Below, piece by piece: positions 51,058 through 64,000 of a DNA stretch of 64,000 bases. A model generated the notes under the pieces. It was not told where the DNA came from. It searched no databases and saw only the letters and a program-made list of their open reading frames with translations. The DNA lies in the NCBI RefSeq assembly GCF_963921235.1, contig NC_086108.1:54128001-54192000 (forward strand), given 5' to 3'. How positions within the stretch are numbered: position 1 is the stretch's first letter; each line of letters begins with the position of its first letter. This DNA is from Mobula hypostoma (lineage: Eukaryota). A program made the translations under genes and the position numbers.

Positions 51058-52210
51058 GTAATGGAAAAAAAATCACGTGAATGTGTAGCTTTGCAGAGTT
51101 CATTTAAAAAAAATATCGAGTATAACTTCGCTGCAAACTGCATTGCAACTGCTCACTACTTGGTCAAAGTACCGGATGGTTGATTTATCCCATTAATTCT
51201 TAGTTGACTTGGTATATGGAGGTTTTGTTAAAAAAAAACGGAAATAATTTATTTAAATTTGTAAGACTTCTTCTACAAAGACGTAATTGGGCTTCTTAAT
51301 GTGTTTTCTTGCTGGAGATAAAATATTAAATTGAATCTGATTCTTTGAGGTAGACAAGATAGCTGGATACCAGAATCAGATGGCTGTGTTTTGGGAGCAT
51401 TGTTAATGATTGACTACCCAAACTGTTTAATTGATGGATCCTCAAAAGGACTTGTATGTTCTGAGTGACTTTGAATAATCCAATTTTATAATTCATTGTA
51501 ACTCAGTGACTTAGCTATCAGCCAGACAGGAAATCTAGACAGGATCGATTGCTTTTCTGATTAATAAATATAGCTATAGAGCACGTTTGCAATGCTCATA
51601 CTTGTAGGCCATGTCCATATGCACTTCAACATTTTTGTAATTTGTGATAAAGTGGTAAGCTTGCCAGCTCAATATGCATTTGTTTTTATCGATTGTGGTG
51701 CCCACTTTTCTTAGATTATGATGTGTTATTTGTGCTGTTTGCAAGGAATTCCGCTGAAATTGGTGCTAAAACAGTGTCTCCATAGCTGTATCTGTTATTG
51801 GATAATACTGTTGCATTTTTAAGTGACCCTAGGTGGATGAGTGTCCTGTGCTGATGACCTTTGTGATTTAAATAGCCAAGCTCCTGCAGGCCCCTGTGAA
51901 TAACGAGAGCTAATTAACCCCATCATAATGTATGAGAATGGAATGTGTTCCAAAAGGCAACCATATGCCTATATCAGACAAATGAAGGCATATGCATAAG
52001 CCAGCAATTTGATTCAGATACCGGCCATTAGAATGGATTTCTGAGTTGTAAGAATTAAAATAGTAAATAATGAGACAATTCTTCAGCGTGTGGATGCAGT
52101 CATGAAGTGTACGTGTTTTCTTGCTGTGCTGTCAGAGAGTTGAAGATCTATGCAATTGTAACATTTTAATAGAATTGAAACTAAATGTTTTCTTTATTTT
52201 TTTTAATCAG

Positions 52211-52327
52211 GAACCTCTGGTGGCAAATGACATTCTAAATCATCCTAATTTTGTGAAGAAAAATCTTTGCAACAGTTTCAGTGACAGAACAGTGCAGCGG
52301 TTCTACAAATTTAACACCAGCATTGTA
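52211..52327 (+). CDS. CACHD1: CACHD1 exon 19 (117 nt)
   Basis: cag|[39 protein letters not shown]|gtaagt. Confidence 0.97.
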
Positions 52328-52934
52328 GTAAGTCTGTCTTTAAACACCACGATTTAGAAATTATTCCAAAACTCCAAAGGCATACTTTGTCTAAAGGCAT
52401 TGCAAATCAGAACAGAAGTTTCTGAGCCTTATTGTCACTTTAGGAGAAACTAGGAACAGATTCCAAGGGATGAGTGACCTATTCTGGGTGATTTTGCAGT
52501 GCCTGGGTTGCTGGCGATAAGTAGGAACAGTGTTTAAATCTCCACACATGTATGCTTGCTTAGCCTTTTTAAACCAAATTCATGGTGAAAGATCATGTGA
52601 CTTAAGCCAATTGATGTCACTGCAGCTTCAGTAGCCTCCATGTATGGAGGAGGAGGCTATTTCGAGAAATGCACGGTGCATGTGCAATAATGCGTCATCT
52701 CATTTAAAGATCGTGATCTTAATAAAGTTCTGTAACCAGACAAATCAAAATGTGCTCCTTGATAGGCACACATGTCTGGAAATTCTAAATACGTCGATGG
52801 TTGAACTAAATCCATCTGCAATTTTCAGAAAATTGAATGCTGTTCATGTGTAAAATTATAACTCTTAACTTAAAATTGCCTTCAACCCATCCAAACTGGG
52901 GTGAGCCTAATGATGTTTTTCCAAGTCTGAGAAT

Positions 52935-53495
52935 TCATAGTCATAGAAAAATACAACACAGACACAAGCTCTTTGGCTCATCTGCCTGTGCCGAACCATT
53001 TAAACTGCCCACTCCCGTTGACCTGCACCTGGACCGTTGCCCTCCATACCTCTTCCATCCATGAACCTATCCAAGCTTCCCTTAAACGTTGAAATCAAAC
53101 TTGCATGCATCACTTGGTCTGGCAGCTTATTCCACACTGTCACGACCCTCTGAGTGAAGAAGTTTCCTTTCATGTTCCCCTTAAACTTTTCACTTTCACC
53201 CTTATCCCACGACCTCTAGGTGCAGTCTCACCTAACCTCAATAGAAAAAGCCTGCTTGTACTTACCCTATCTATACCCCTTATAATTTTGCACACTTCAA
53301 TCTTCTATGTTCCAAGAAATAGAGTCCGAACCTATTCATTCTTTTCTCAGGTCCTCCTGTCCCAGCAACATCCTTGTGAATTTTCTTGGTACTCTTTCAA
53401 CCTTGTTTACATCTTTACTGTAGGTACTGTAGGTAACCAAAACTGCGCACAATACTCCAAGTTGGGCCTCAACAATGTCTTATACGAATTCAGCA
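52935..53495 (-). mobile_element. CR1 3' fragment
   Basis: tcatagtcatagaaaaatacaacacag tail; ccaaaactgcgcacaatactccaagttgggcct is the reverse complement of RPNLEYCAQFW. Confidence 0.8.
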
Positions 53496-55172
53496 CGATT
53501 TTTAAATATTATTGAAAAGACAACTTGGCTTTTTGCCATCTGTAGTAAAGTGCCCTTGTTTCACAGCACCAGCAACTAAATAGAATTATGTGCTAAGTAT
53601 TTTTTTTCAATCCTTATTCCGAAATCTTTGCCCCGGGTTGCTGGAAGAAGCTTGGGGGTTTTGCCACATTTGAGGAATAAGCTTTCTCTGCTGGCAAGCC
53701 AATGCAAACAGCAGCTCAACTTCGTGGGCACAGAAGCCTAATTTATTGTATGTTGTAACATTCTTATTTCTCTTGACACACAGTAGGTAAAGGGATTTAA
53801 TGCTGGAAGAACTTCTCTTTAACTGTAACTTTGGACAGGGTCAGTTTAGTAGCAAATAGTGCCCAGGGCATTGGAGAGAATGCCCTACAGATACTGCCAT
53901 TTGAACTTTTCCCTCCACCTGAGAAGGCAGGTGAGGCCTTTGCTTTCCACCTGCAAGTATTGAGGATGAACTAACTGTTCAAAACTGATCGGGGTTAATC
54001 AGGTTGAACTTTTGTGTTTAAATCCAGTAAGCGTGACCTGAAACCACAACATTCTCGCTTCAGGTGGAAAAATCCTGATACGGAGCCAAGGTTAAGATTA
54101 ATGTTCTGGCAAGATGACTTTGGTTAGTTTGTAGCTTTTGGTCATATTGCTCGTCAATAATGAGAACCTTCTTAGTGGAGGAAAATGAACTAAGGTCACA
54201 AACAGAGCAGGTACGATCAGGGCATGTTGCTGCTAACTGCCAGCAAAGTTCCACTCTCTCCAGGGCCGTCCTGAACTGTTTTAATGTGTTTTCTATGTGA
54301 ATGCACTGTTTCCAATACAGTGTGCTTGTGAGGCTGCTGCAAGTTTCTCATTGCGCCTGTGCATACAACAATGAACTCAGCTTTAACTTTGAAGAGATGA
54401 TCTGTGCCTTATGACTGTTGGTTTTATAGCTGTCACTGCCACCAAAGAGAAATGTACCTCATTTTGGCAGGTGATTACTGTAGACACAGGCTCCTCTGTA
54501 CAAAAGAAGCTTCAAAAGTAATTTTGGAGTGCCATTATGTTAACAGCCCTGCATTAAATATGTAACAGTGAGTGGAGGGAGTGATCACCTCTGGGTTTGC
54601 TATCAAGTCATACACCTGCTGTCCTCATTTGTGAAGCTCTGCTTCACTCTCTTACACCATGCTTCAGTACTGCCTTCTGGAGATGGTGTAGCACACAAGC
54701 TATATCTTCCAGTCATCGTAAACAGCAAGTTTTCTTCACCAGGGTGTTAATGCTGCATTGTCATGTTATTAGTATGCAAGTTTTCTCTTTTTCATTCCTT
54801 TCCATTAGTCTCGCAAGTGATTTGTGTGTCAATGTTCCTCCAAGTATTCCTTTTTCCTTGTGCTGGATTTGCCTGCAGTTTTCTACACATTGGTATGCAA
54901 AATGCAGCCATTTAAACTTCAGCCTGAAGCAATACGAATGAATTAAGTCTGGAAATTGTCTAGAATTTTTCACAAACCGTTTGGTGTGGATTACACCAGC
55001 CAAGGTTAAGATCCCATGCTCACCTTCCTTTTCAACCAGAAATAATGAGGTTAATTTTAGCTCCCCGATAAGATCACATGAACCTCAGATTGAATGCAGT
55101 AATATAATCTTTAACCCAATTTATTGAAACTATTTTCTTTCCATGATATTACTGTACATTTTCTTTTGATAG

Positions 55173-55333
55173 GGTGATCTGACAAATCTTGTTCATGGTA
55201 GCCATTGCTCGAAGTACCGATTGACCAGGATTCCTGGCACCAATGCATTTCTTGGAATTGTCAATGAAACATGTGATGCACTTGCTTTCTGTGCCTGCAG
55301 CATGGTGGACAGACTTTGCCTGAACTGTCACAG
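55173..55333 (+). CDS. CACHD1: CACHD1 exon 20 (161 nt)
   Basis: tag|[53 protein letters not shown] ag|gtcagt. Confidence 0.97.
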
Positions 55334-55527
55334 GTCAGTGTTGTGTCACTTAAATTGGATTAGAATTGTACATTAACATCATAAGGAGGTTAATAAGTTA
55401 GTAGATTTTCTGTGTCATTCATGATTGAAGATAGCGTGGCATTATGTTGGCAAAAAATGGAAATGAGCATTATCTGAAATTGTCATATAAAACAAAGTTA
55501 ATCTGTGTATGCAATAGAAATAAGAAT

Positions 55528-55810
55528 TAGATTAGATTATGAAGACAATCAGTCCTCTTTTATTGTCATTTAGTAATGCATGTATTAAGAAATGATACAA
55601 TATTTCCTCTGGTGTGATATCACAAAACACAGGACAGACCAAGACTGAAAAAAAACCTAACAAAACCACATAATTATAACATATAGTTACAACAGTGCGA
55701 CAATACCATAACTTGATGAAGAAGTCCATGAGCACAGTAAAAGTTCAAAGTCTCTCAAATGTCCCACATCTCACGCAGACGGGAGTAGGAAGAAAAACTC
55801 TCCCTGCCAT
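55528..55810 (-). mobile_element. 3' part of the same non-autonomous retroelement family as 23655-24317
   Basis: Reverse complement aligns by eye with about 24030-24317. Confidence 0.75.
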
Positions 55811-56202
55811 AAATAGTGAACACAAGTATTTGGAAATATTAGTAAATTGTTTGGAATTCTGTACGATTACTTTCATGGCCCTGACATTTTCTAAGGACAC
55901 TACATTTTAGTTCCTTATGTGTTTGTAGCTTACTTTATATGATTAAAAGCTCATTTCCAAGGTTTGCTCAGTAAATATTGGCAATTAGCAAGAGGAAGGC
56001 TTGTTAAAGCCTGTCATTGAAATTAAGCAAAAGGCAAAAATTTTGTTTAGTGAGCTGTTTCTTGTCTAATGTTATGTCCTACATTGTTTTGCCCCATCAG
56101 GGGCACTCTTGTAAAGATGATCCCTACTGGGTAACTTTCCACTGTGTTCATCCCAATGTGTAGTGATGAGGCTATTTATTTATGAATAACCTTGCTTTAC
56201 AG

Positions 56203-57399
56203 CAGGGGCCCCCAACCTTTTTTTCACTGCCGACTGGTTTCATATTGACAATATTCTTGCGGACCGGCCGACCCGGGGGGAGTGGGGGGTAGGGTTGCCA
56301 ACGGACAAGAGTAGAGCCAAATACGTTGTTTACAGAGAGAGACTACAATGACCATGAAGCCTTGCGCGGGCACCAGTGCGCATGCGTGCTTTGCATATGC
56401 GTGTACGTGCCGATGTTTTCTACAAATCGTTTTTGGCGCTTCTGTTGGTGGGGCGGGGGATGTTAATCACGACCGGAATATAGCTAAGTGGCTAATACAC
56501 TCAATTTCATTTCTAAAAGGGTTTATCTAACGAATTTAATATTAAACATACAGCGCATATTTTCCTCGCATGAATATAGCGATAAGTCAATTATCAGGGG
56601 AGCTTGAAGTAAGTGTTGAACGAACTTCCAGTAGAAGTGGTAGAGGCAGGTCCGATATTATTTAAAGAAAAATTGGATAGGTATATGGGCAGGAAAGGAA
56701 TGGAGGGTTATAGGCTGAGTGCAGGTCGGTGGGACTAGGTGAGAGTAGCGTTCGGCACGGACTAGAAGGGCAGAGGTGGCTTGTAATTGTTATATGGTTA
56801 TATAAGTAAGTCAATAGCATCATAACATTTTAAGTAATGTTTGGATATTAAACACACAGCACATATCTTCCCCGTATGAACATATAAAATCATTGCAACA
56901 CACCAATATCGCTGAATCAGTGGGAGCCCTGGGCTGAATGCTTGTTTCCCTGCAACAAGATGGTCCCATTGAGGGGTGATGGGAGACAGCGATACTCGAA
57001 CGGGGTTCCTTATGTCCAGTCTATTACACAATTTGGTTTTCGTTGCATTCATTGCAGAGATATGTTGGAAATGGAAGCAACGTTTTCAGTGCTTTCATGG
57101 CTATCTCAGGATATTTAGCCTTGACTTTGAGATCCAGAATGCTGGCAGAGGTGTTATGTCAAACGTACTTTTCAGCCCGCCGTCATTTGCAAGCTCGAGG
57201 AGTTGATCTTCTTCCCGCGCTGACATGGATGATGCGCGGGTAATGACCTCGCATGTGTAATGGCTCAACAGTGGGCGTGACAGGGAATGAGGAAAGGTGC
57301 AGCTGACTCCTATCGCCAAATCATATTGTTCCTCACGGCCCGGTAGCGCATGCTTTGCGGCCCGGTACCGGTCTGCGGTCCGGTGGTTGGGGACCGCTA
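56203..57399 (-). mobile_element. Second copy of the composite hAT (Charlie-like) element with a captured CR1 3' end
   Basis: Ends caggggcccccaacc / ggttggggaccgcta; 8-bp TSD ctttacag (56195-56202, 57400-57407); reverse-complement match to 26773-27935. Confidence 0.93.
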
Positions 57400-57584
57400 C
57401 TTTACAGAGACATCAAATCACTTGTGGAAGTGAAGATTGGAGTTAATTTTATTTATTAAGTAATGGTTCTTCAGGAAGTGTTTTGGTCCTTCAATTATTC
57501 ATGCTATTTATGAAGTCCATGGTCAATTTCGCAGGTGGAGGTGAAACGGGGTGGTAGAGGGGAAGAATGATGGAGAACAAGGCA

Positions 57585-57880
57585 ATTTGGTGCACTTAGT
57601 TGAACTTCTACCTCACAGCCCAGTGCCCTGGGTTTAGTCCCAACTCACTTCTCTTTTCTACGAGAACTCTTTGTGACTGCATGGATTTCCTTCCATAATC
57701 CAAAGACATGCCACCTGGAGGGTTGATTGGCCACTGTATATTACTCCTCATGTAGGTGGGTTAATAGAATTTTTGGAAATGTGTGATGAATTGGTTACAG
57801 GGAAATTTAGTGGGGGTTGAGATTGTTCTGTGAGGTAGCAGAGATTCAGTTGATTGAACAGTTGCCTTTTATGTTATTAT
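57585..57880 (+). mobile_element. Degenerate V-SINE
   Basis: gtgactgcatggatttccttccataatccaaagacatgc..ggttgattggccactgta. Confidence 0.5.
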
Positions 57881-58539
57881 GAAATATTAATATCCCAACT
57901 CATACAATGAACATAGAATCCTTTAGATGGATGTTAAAGTAATTGAATTTGCTGGAAAATGCCTATCTCTAATTCAAGGTGAATGCTGAGAACTGAGGAA
58001 TGTTTAGAGGCATTGATTACTGTTTTCACCTTCAGCATCTTTTTACATGACAGATTGTAAGAAAGCTTGTTGGATTTGAGTTGTACAATAAGTTGTGGGA
58101 TGCTGCACCTTTCAATCCTCTCTGGCCCACTGAACCTAGAGCTGTTATGTTTTCCTGATTTGCCATACACTGCTTCAAAGCGCAGTTTAAATTTATAATT
58201 CTCATGGGGGAAATATTCTTTTCTACAGCACAGATCCTGTGGCAAATGATAACTCAAAGTTTTATGGCTCTTTATAACAATGGGACAACAGTGATGTTGC
58301 ACATAAGGCTTTTATTCAGCAAGTGAATTATCCTCTTTGAAGCAATAATTGATGTTAGATTCTATAAGCTTGTTTTGGAGAAGTTTGGCCAGGATTTTGG
58401 GGATGGGGAGAGTGTTAACATAACTGAAAGGAAGTGTTTTATTATTTCATTGAGCACAAGGAAGAAATGTATCTATACGAAAAGTTGGTGAGAGGCTATC
58501 AATTATGTTCTCATGTAACATGTACCTTGTTTTATTTAG

Positions 58540-58626
58540 AATGGAACAAAATGAATGTGAGTGCCCCTGTGAGTGCCCCCTGGAGGTGAATGAATGTACT
58601 GGCAACCTGACCAATGCTGAAAGCAG
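58540..58626 (+). CDS. CACHD1: CACHD1 exon 21 (87 nt), GC donor
   Basis: tag|a MEQNECECPCECPLEVNECTGNLTNAES ag|gcaaga. Confidence 0.93.
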
Positions 58627-58829
58627 GCAAGATTTCTCCTAAATTATGTTTTTAACTTGAAATAGTCTTAGTAAACGGATTTGAGTGATTGCCTAATTTG
58701 CTCATTGGTTTTTGATTACTTTTAAACAAAGTCTCGAATTTAGCTGGTTTTCATACCCATCATATTTTTGTAGGTATTTTCAGTGTCCTGTGTATTCAAA
58801 GATACATTCGATAGAGACTGTTTCACCTT

Positions 58830-59715
58830 TGACATCAATGTAACATTTGATTACGCGTGGTATCAGAAAGATGTGGCAGAATTAGCCAATAGGCATCAAG
58901 AGGAAAGCACTGCAGGAACTGGAGTATACCTGAATGATGAAAGATGTTGAGGTTGCTGAGGTCAATCCTCACAACTCCAGGACATTACAGCAGCAGGACG
59001 GCATCATGAGCTATTTCATGAGTGATTTTCCTTCCTTATTAATGTCAGAACTAGAGATGTTCACTGACAGTTGGACAGGATTTGATTCTATTCAAAACTC
59101 CTTATCCTGCATTCAGCATGGCACAAATAACATTTGGATACAAACTGATCCAAGCAGCAAACAATTGTGCTACAGAAGTGGCAGCCAACAATAGAGTTTC
59201 ATCACCTATCTTAGCCATTCAGTAGTATCTCCATTACAAAGCTCACACCAGCACCATCGTGCAGATCACTATTGACCAGAAACTCATTTGGGCTGGCCAT
59301 AGATAGCATTGGTTACAAAAGTAGGTCAGAGTCTGTGTATTCCACAGTGAGTGACTTACCTCCGCAAACTTTTCCACTTTCTGCAAGGCTCAGGTTAAGT
59401 GAATAATGGAATACTCTCCGCTTGCCTAGATCAGGGAAGTTTCAGCAACTTGTGAAGCTTAACACCATCCAGAAAATAGTAACATAATTCATACCTCATT
59501 GACCACCCTCAGCATTCATTCTCTCTGTCACCAGTCCACTGGCTGTAGAGTGTACCATCTACCAAATGCATTGGAGTTACTTGCCTAGGTTATTCTGACA
59601 GTCGCTCCCAAATTTACAGACTCTTACCAGTAAGAAGCACAAGAAGAGCCGGAGCGTGAGAGTACCGCCACTTGCACATTCCCTTCAGACTGCATTCAGA
59701 ACGGACTTGGGTTTT
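58830..59715 (+). mobile_element. Ancient degenerate CR1/L2-group LINE 3' region
   Basis: caaggctcaggttaagtgaataatggaatactctccgcttgcctag resembles KAQVR..MEYSPLAW. Confidence 0.55.
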
Positions 59716-59739
59716 AAATTCTGATCCTCTCCACCCAGG

Positions 59740-62150
59740 ACCTTGGCTATTGGGAGGTACTGAGGCTCTGGCCAGCAAAAATAAGGAGTCATACATTTTG
59801 TTTAGGAGGTCGCAATTGAGTGAATCCCTTGATGACCTTAAAGAGATTAGAAATACTTGTAAGTGGGAAATCAAGATAACAAAGAGGGTATGAGATGGAT
59901 CTCGCATGGAAGGGTGAGGAAAATCCCAAGAGGTTCCTGCAGAGTCGGGCCCCTTCGAGATTAGCAGGGCCACCTGCAGGAGGTGATGGGATTTTAATCT
60001 AAATACTTCTTGTTGTTTACTGAGGTGAAAGTCATTGCTCAGCAGGTAAAAGAATCAAGTGAAGATGTTTTGGAAGGCATATTACCAGGATGGTAGTATT
60101 TGCTTTATCATTAGCCAGTGGCGATGTTCCTGAAGACTGGAAGATAGCTTAAAAAAAGAGTAGTAAGGTCAAGGCAGGGAATCCCAGGATGGTCAGCCTG
60201 ATATCAGTAGTGGGGAAGTTACTTGAGTTTCTGAGGGGCAGGATCTACCACGATTTGGATAGTCAGAGTCAAGTTAGGAGGTCAGCAGGCTTTGTTCATG
60301 GGAAGTTGTATTTGACTAACCTTTCAACGTTTTTGAAGAGGAAACCAAAACGGTAAGTGAGGATAGGACAGTAGATGTCTATTCTGACATGGGCAAGACC
60401 TTTGACAAGGTCCCACATGGAGGTAGGCCTGGAACGTTAGGCATAATGGAATTCAGGGGGAGCCACTGTAGTTAGGTGGATTCAAAATTGGCTCCAAGTT
60501 AGGAAGCAGAGATGGTAGTAGGTTGGGTTACAAGGATTGCCCCTTAGTAATAATGATCAGTTAGGCATAGAGAGAATTTATATTTACTGGCAAGTACCTT
60601 TTTGGCTCAGTTCACAAGCATGCACATTTACACAACTGAATAACTGTGAACACTTACTAAATTTCTCTGACCCCTCATGAATAGTGAAAGAAGAGAAAAG
60701 ATAATACCTGGCAAAAAGTCTGTGCTGGCCAGATATTCCTCGTGGTCCCGATGTGATCTCCACATGCCTGACGTGGGGTCATCCACATCCGCAATGGATG
60801 AAGGTGGTCTCCGGAGAGTTGTCACTGCTTGTGCTCCCAAAATCCTTCATTCTTATTCTTTCCCTTATTATATTAATCTCCGATGTTTAGTTTCATTGGC
60901 TCGAGGTAATCTGACTGACCTGTGTCAGCTTCCTGTTGGATGTAATCCAGGGCCACAAGCAATATTGTTCTATGGCCTTTGCCTTCAACTTCATGCCTTA
61001 GGTGATTTCTTTTACTCTATTCAACTCTGACTGGTTCAAACCAGTCAAACTGTGTCACCCAGACACTGGGCCTGCTGCAAACCTACCATTTTACACAATA
61101 AACAGCTACATATTTGGGAATGGTCGCAGGTTTAACAGATCATCAGAAACTCATTGTCTCTACGTTCATTTGCTCTGAATAAGTTATCTCAAAGCAAGAA
61201 TCAGTTCATCAAACAGTTCGCAGAGTGGCAGCTACAAGGGCAGTCTCACAAAATAGCTGCCCCCATTCCTGTTCACTGATTGTAGTTCTTTCTGACCAAC
61301 AGTTGTGTTTTGTAATGGAAGCTGGTGACCAGTGACGTGTTGCAGGGTTTGATGTTAGGATCCTGTTAATTCATTTTCAAAAATAAATGCTTGGGATACG
61401 AATACACAAGGCTTGATCAGTAAATTTGTGGATGAGAGGTGATGCATTTTGGAAAGTCAAACCAGAATAGGACTTGCACTCGGGAGTGTAGTAGAACAAT
61501 GGGACTTGAGAGTACAAGTGTATACTTCATTGAAAGTGGTGTCACGGGTAGATAGGATGGTGAAAAAGACATTTAGCATGTTAGCTCTCTACAGTCAAGG
61601 CACTGAGTATAGGAATTGGGATATTATGTTGCAGTGGCTATGTTGTTGGGGAAGTCACACTTTGGGAACAGTGCACTGTTCTGGTGACCTTAAAGGAAAG
61701 ATGTGGTTAAACTGGAAAGAGTGTAGAAGAAATCTACAAGGACATTTACAGGACTAGAGGGTCTGACTGAAAGTGAGGGATTGGCCAGGTTAGGTCTCTA
61801 TTCCTTGGAACAGAGGAGAGTGAAGGGCAACCTTATAGAAATGTTTAAAATTATAGATAAGATGGACAGTAGCAGTCTTTTCCCTGAATAGGAGAAACCA
61901 AAACCGGAGGCCTAGATTTTATGGTGAGAGGGAAAAGACTTGAAAGGGACCTGAGGTCAAGTTCTTTACACAGATGGTAATGAACATATGGAATGTGAGG
62001 AAATGGTTGAGGCATGTACAATAGCATCATTTAAGAAGCACTTGGAAGGTGGACTTATAGAGAATGGGCTGAACGCAGGGAATTTGGGCTAGCTGGGTGG
62101 TCAGCATGAGCTTGAAGGACCTGTATCTGTGCTGTTTTCTTCTATAACTG
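59740..62150 (+). mobile_element. Degenerate CR1 ORF2 split by an unassigned segment of about 780 bp (about 60525-61300)
   Basis: cctgaagactggaagatagc, tttgacaaggtcccacatgg, ggattcaaaattggct; resumes tggaagctggtgaccagtgacgtgttgcaggg; VVEQWDLRVQVYTSLKV. Confidence 0.8.
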
Positions 62151-62700
62151 GGTCTGTTTTAATTAGAAGATCTTCAGCATTTCAGTCAGTCAGATTACCA
62201 CCAGCTTCTCAGTTGTGGTTATGGATGAGTAATTGGTCTTCGTGGAGCCAAAGTTACGATAAATAATTAAAGACATCATTGTCTTCTTCCTCATTAATTG
62301 AATTCAATTTTAGCGATGATGTTTGTGGTCGGAGTTTGTGGGCTGTTACTATGGGTTCAGGACCCTTGTGTTGGAGAGAAACGAAGGTCAGGTGGAGTTT
62401 TGCTCCTGACGACCCTTAATGTCCGTTTATGCGTTAAGGACAAGATTCGATTCATTTCTTCTGTTCTCTTTGCATAGGCTTGTCAAAACATATTGCATAG
62501 GCTTAATCATGAAGAAGGAAGTGTTGTCAGTGTATTGTACTGCTGATAAACCTAGAACAAAACGCTGACAAGAAATCCACACCACTAGCACAGATAGGGA
62601 GCGATAAGTGGGGGTGAGGGTGAGAGTGGATAATACTTCAGATAGTGTGACAACAAATGCTTGCATTGTGTATAATTGATTTTGTATTTTAATATAACAG

Positions 62701-62817
62701 GAATCCAAGTTGTGAAGTCCACCAGGAGCCACTGACTCTTGCTGCCTTTGATCCCAGTCTACAAGAAACCCTCCCACAGTGCATCAACACCAGATGCAGC
62801 CAAAGGACGTTGAGCGG
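62701..62817 (+). CDS. CACHD1: CACHD1 exon 22 (117 nt)
   Basis: cag|g NPSCEVHQEPLTLAAFDPSLQETLPQCINTRCSQRTLS gg|gtaatg. Confidence 0.94.
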
Positions 62818-63355
62818 GTAATGCCAGCTTACAGCACATAAATCTGCAGCCTGGAAGTGTGCCAGGCAGTCTTTTTCTCCCTGTTTGAAATAGGTGTCAC
62901 AAGCATAGATTTATTCTTTTACTAAGGCTAATAGACAAGAATAGATTAATCTTGATTTCGTACAACTCTATTCTTTATCTTGCTTCATTAATTTCTGACT
63001 TAGTCATTTGCATATTTCTTATTCTGGTAATATACAAACCAATTCCTTAATGTAAGTGACTGGCTTTTGATATAAGGACAACCACTGGTGGAATAGAAAC
63101 ATTACTAAAGCTTTGTGCTCGCGTATTCAGCTTTAACTGTTCTTAGGCAGGAGAGTAGATGAGGTAAACCTCTGCCCCATTTTATTAAAGATGAAAGCAG
63201 CAAAATCAGGTTGCTAACCTGTCAACTTTCCTTGAAAGTGGATAAAGATCAGGATTCCCACTACCAACCAGGGTAGAAATGAAGTTCACATAAGATTACC
63301 AGTTGTCGAAGAGTATCGAGGGAATTGGTGCCTTCAAAGCTATCATCCACCAAAG

Positions 63356-63955
63356 AGTTCAAGGTTCAAAAGTTCGAAGTATGTCACCATATACAACCCT
63401 GAGGTTCATTTTCTTGTGGGCATATTTATAAATGTACAGAATAATAACTATAGCAAAATACATGTAAAACCACCCAACTAGGGCATTCGACCAGAGTGCT
63501 GAAGACAACAAACTATGCAAATACAAAATAAGAAATAATAATAAATAAATAAGCAATAAATATTAGGAACATGAGATGAAGAGTTCTTGAAAGTGAGTCC
63601 CTTGGTTGGGTGAACATTTCAAGTGGGCAAGATGAAGTTACCCCCTTTGGCTCAAGAGCCTCATAGTAACTGTTCCTGAATTGGGTGATGCGAGTCCTGA
63701 GGCTCTTGTACCATCTTCCAGATGGTAGCAGTGAGAAGAGAACATCTCCTGAGTGGTGAGGGTTAATGAATGTAGATGCTGCTTTCCTGCGACAAAGTTT
63801 TGTGCAGATGTGCTCAATGGTTGGGATGGCTTTAACCGTGATGGACTGGGCTGTATCCACTACTTTTGTAGGGTTTTCCATTTGAGGACATTAGTGCTTC
63901 CATACCAGGTTGTGATGCAGCCAGTCAGTATACTCTCTACTACACCTCTGTAGAA
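63356..63955 (-). mobile_element. Rex/Babar-like LINE 3' end
   Basis: Minus KVVDTAQSI..RRKAAS..HHSGDVLFSLLPSGRWYKSLRTRITQFRNSY; gttcaaggttcaa tail. Confidence 0.8.
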
Positions 63956-64000
63956 GAATAAAAGAAGAATGGTAATGACTATGTATGGCTGCCAGTGGCA

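Noticed and set aside
60628..60840. Antisense nested exon or gene
   Set aside because: Short ORF, no recognisable homology and no clear acceptor

Overview
Vertebrate nuclear DNA, most likely from a cartilaginous fish (inferred from the repeat content). The window lies inside one + strand gene, CACHD1 (VWA and Cache domain protein, alpha2delta-like). I can place 20 consecutive coding exons, numbered 3-22 by analogy with human. They total 2831 nt, phases are consistent throughout, and one intron appears to be GC-AG. The gene start and end lie outside the window. The introns are rich in transposons: CR1 LINEs (one near full length), Rex/Babar-like and L1-like LINEs, tRNA-derived SINEs, non-autonomous hAT elements and Penelope-like elements (PLEs). 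Main points of interest: (i) three TSD-flanked foldback PLE insertions with 75, 92 and about 930 bp stems that carry minimal hammerhead ribozyme motifs; (ii) two inverted copies of a composite hAT element that captured a CR1 3' end and bracket exons 8-20; (iii) two locally templated insertions inside a CR1 relic, one copying the exon 8 splice acceptor; (iv) a hAT-like element with a 6-bp TSD. All calls were made by eye. Family names come from recalled motifs, not database searches, and TE boundaries without TSDs are approximate.
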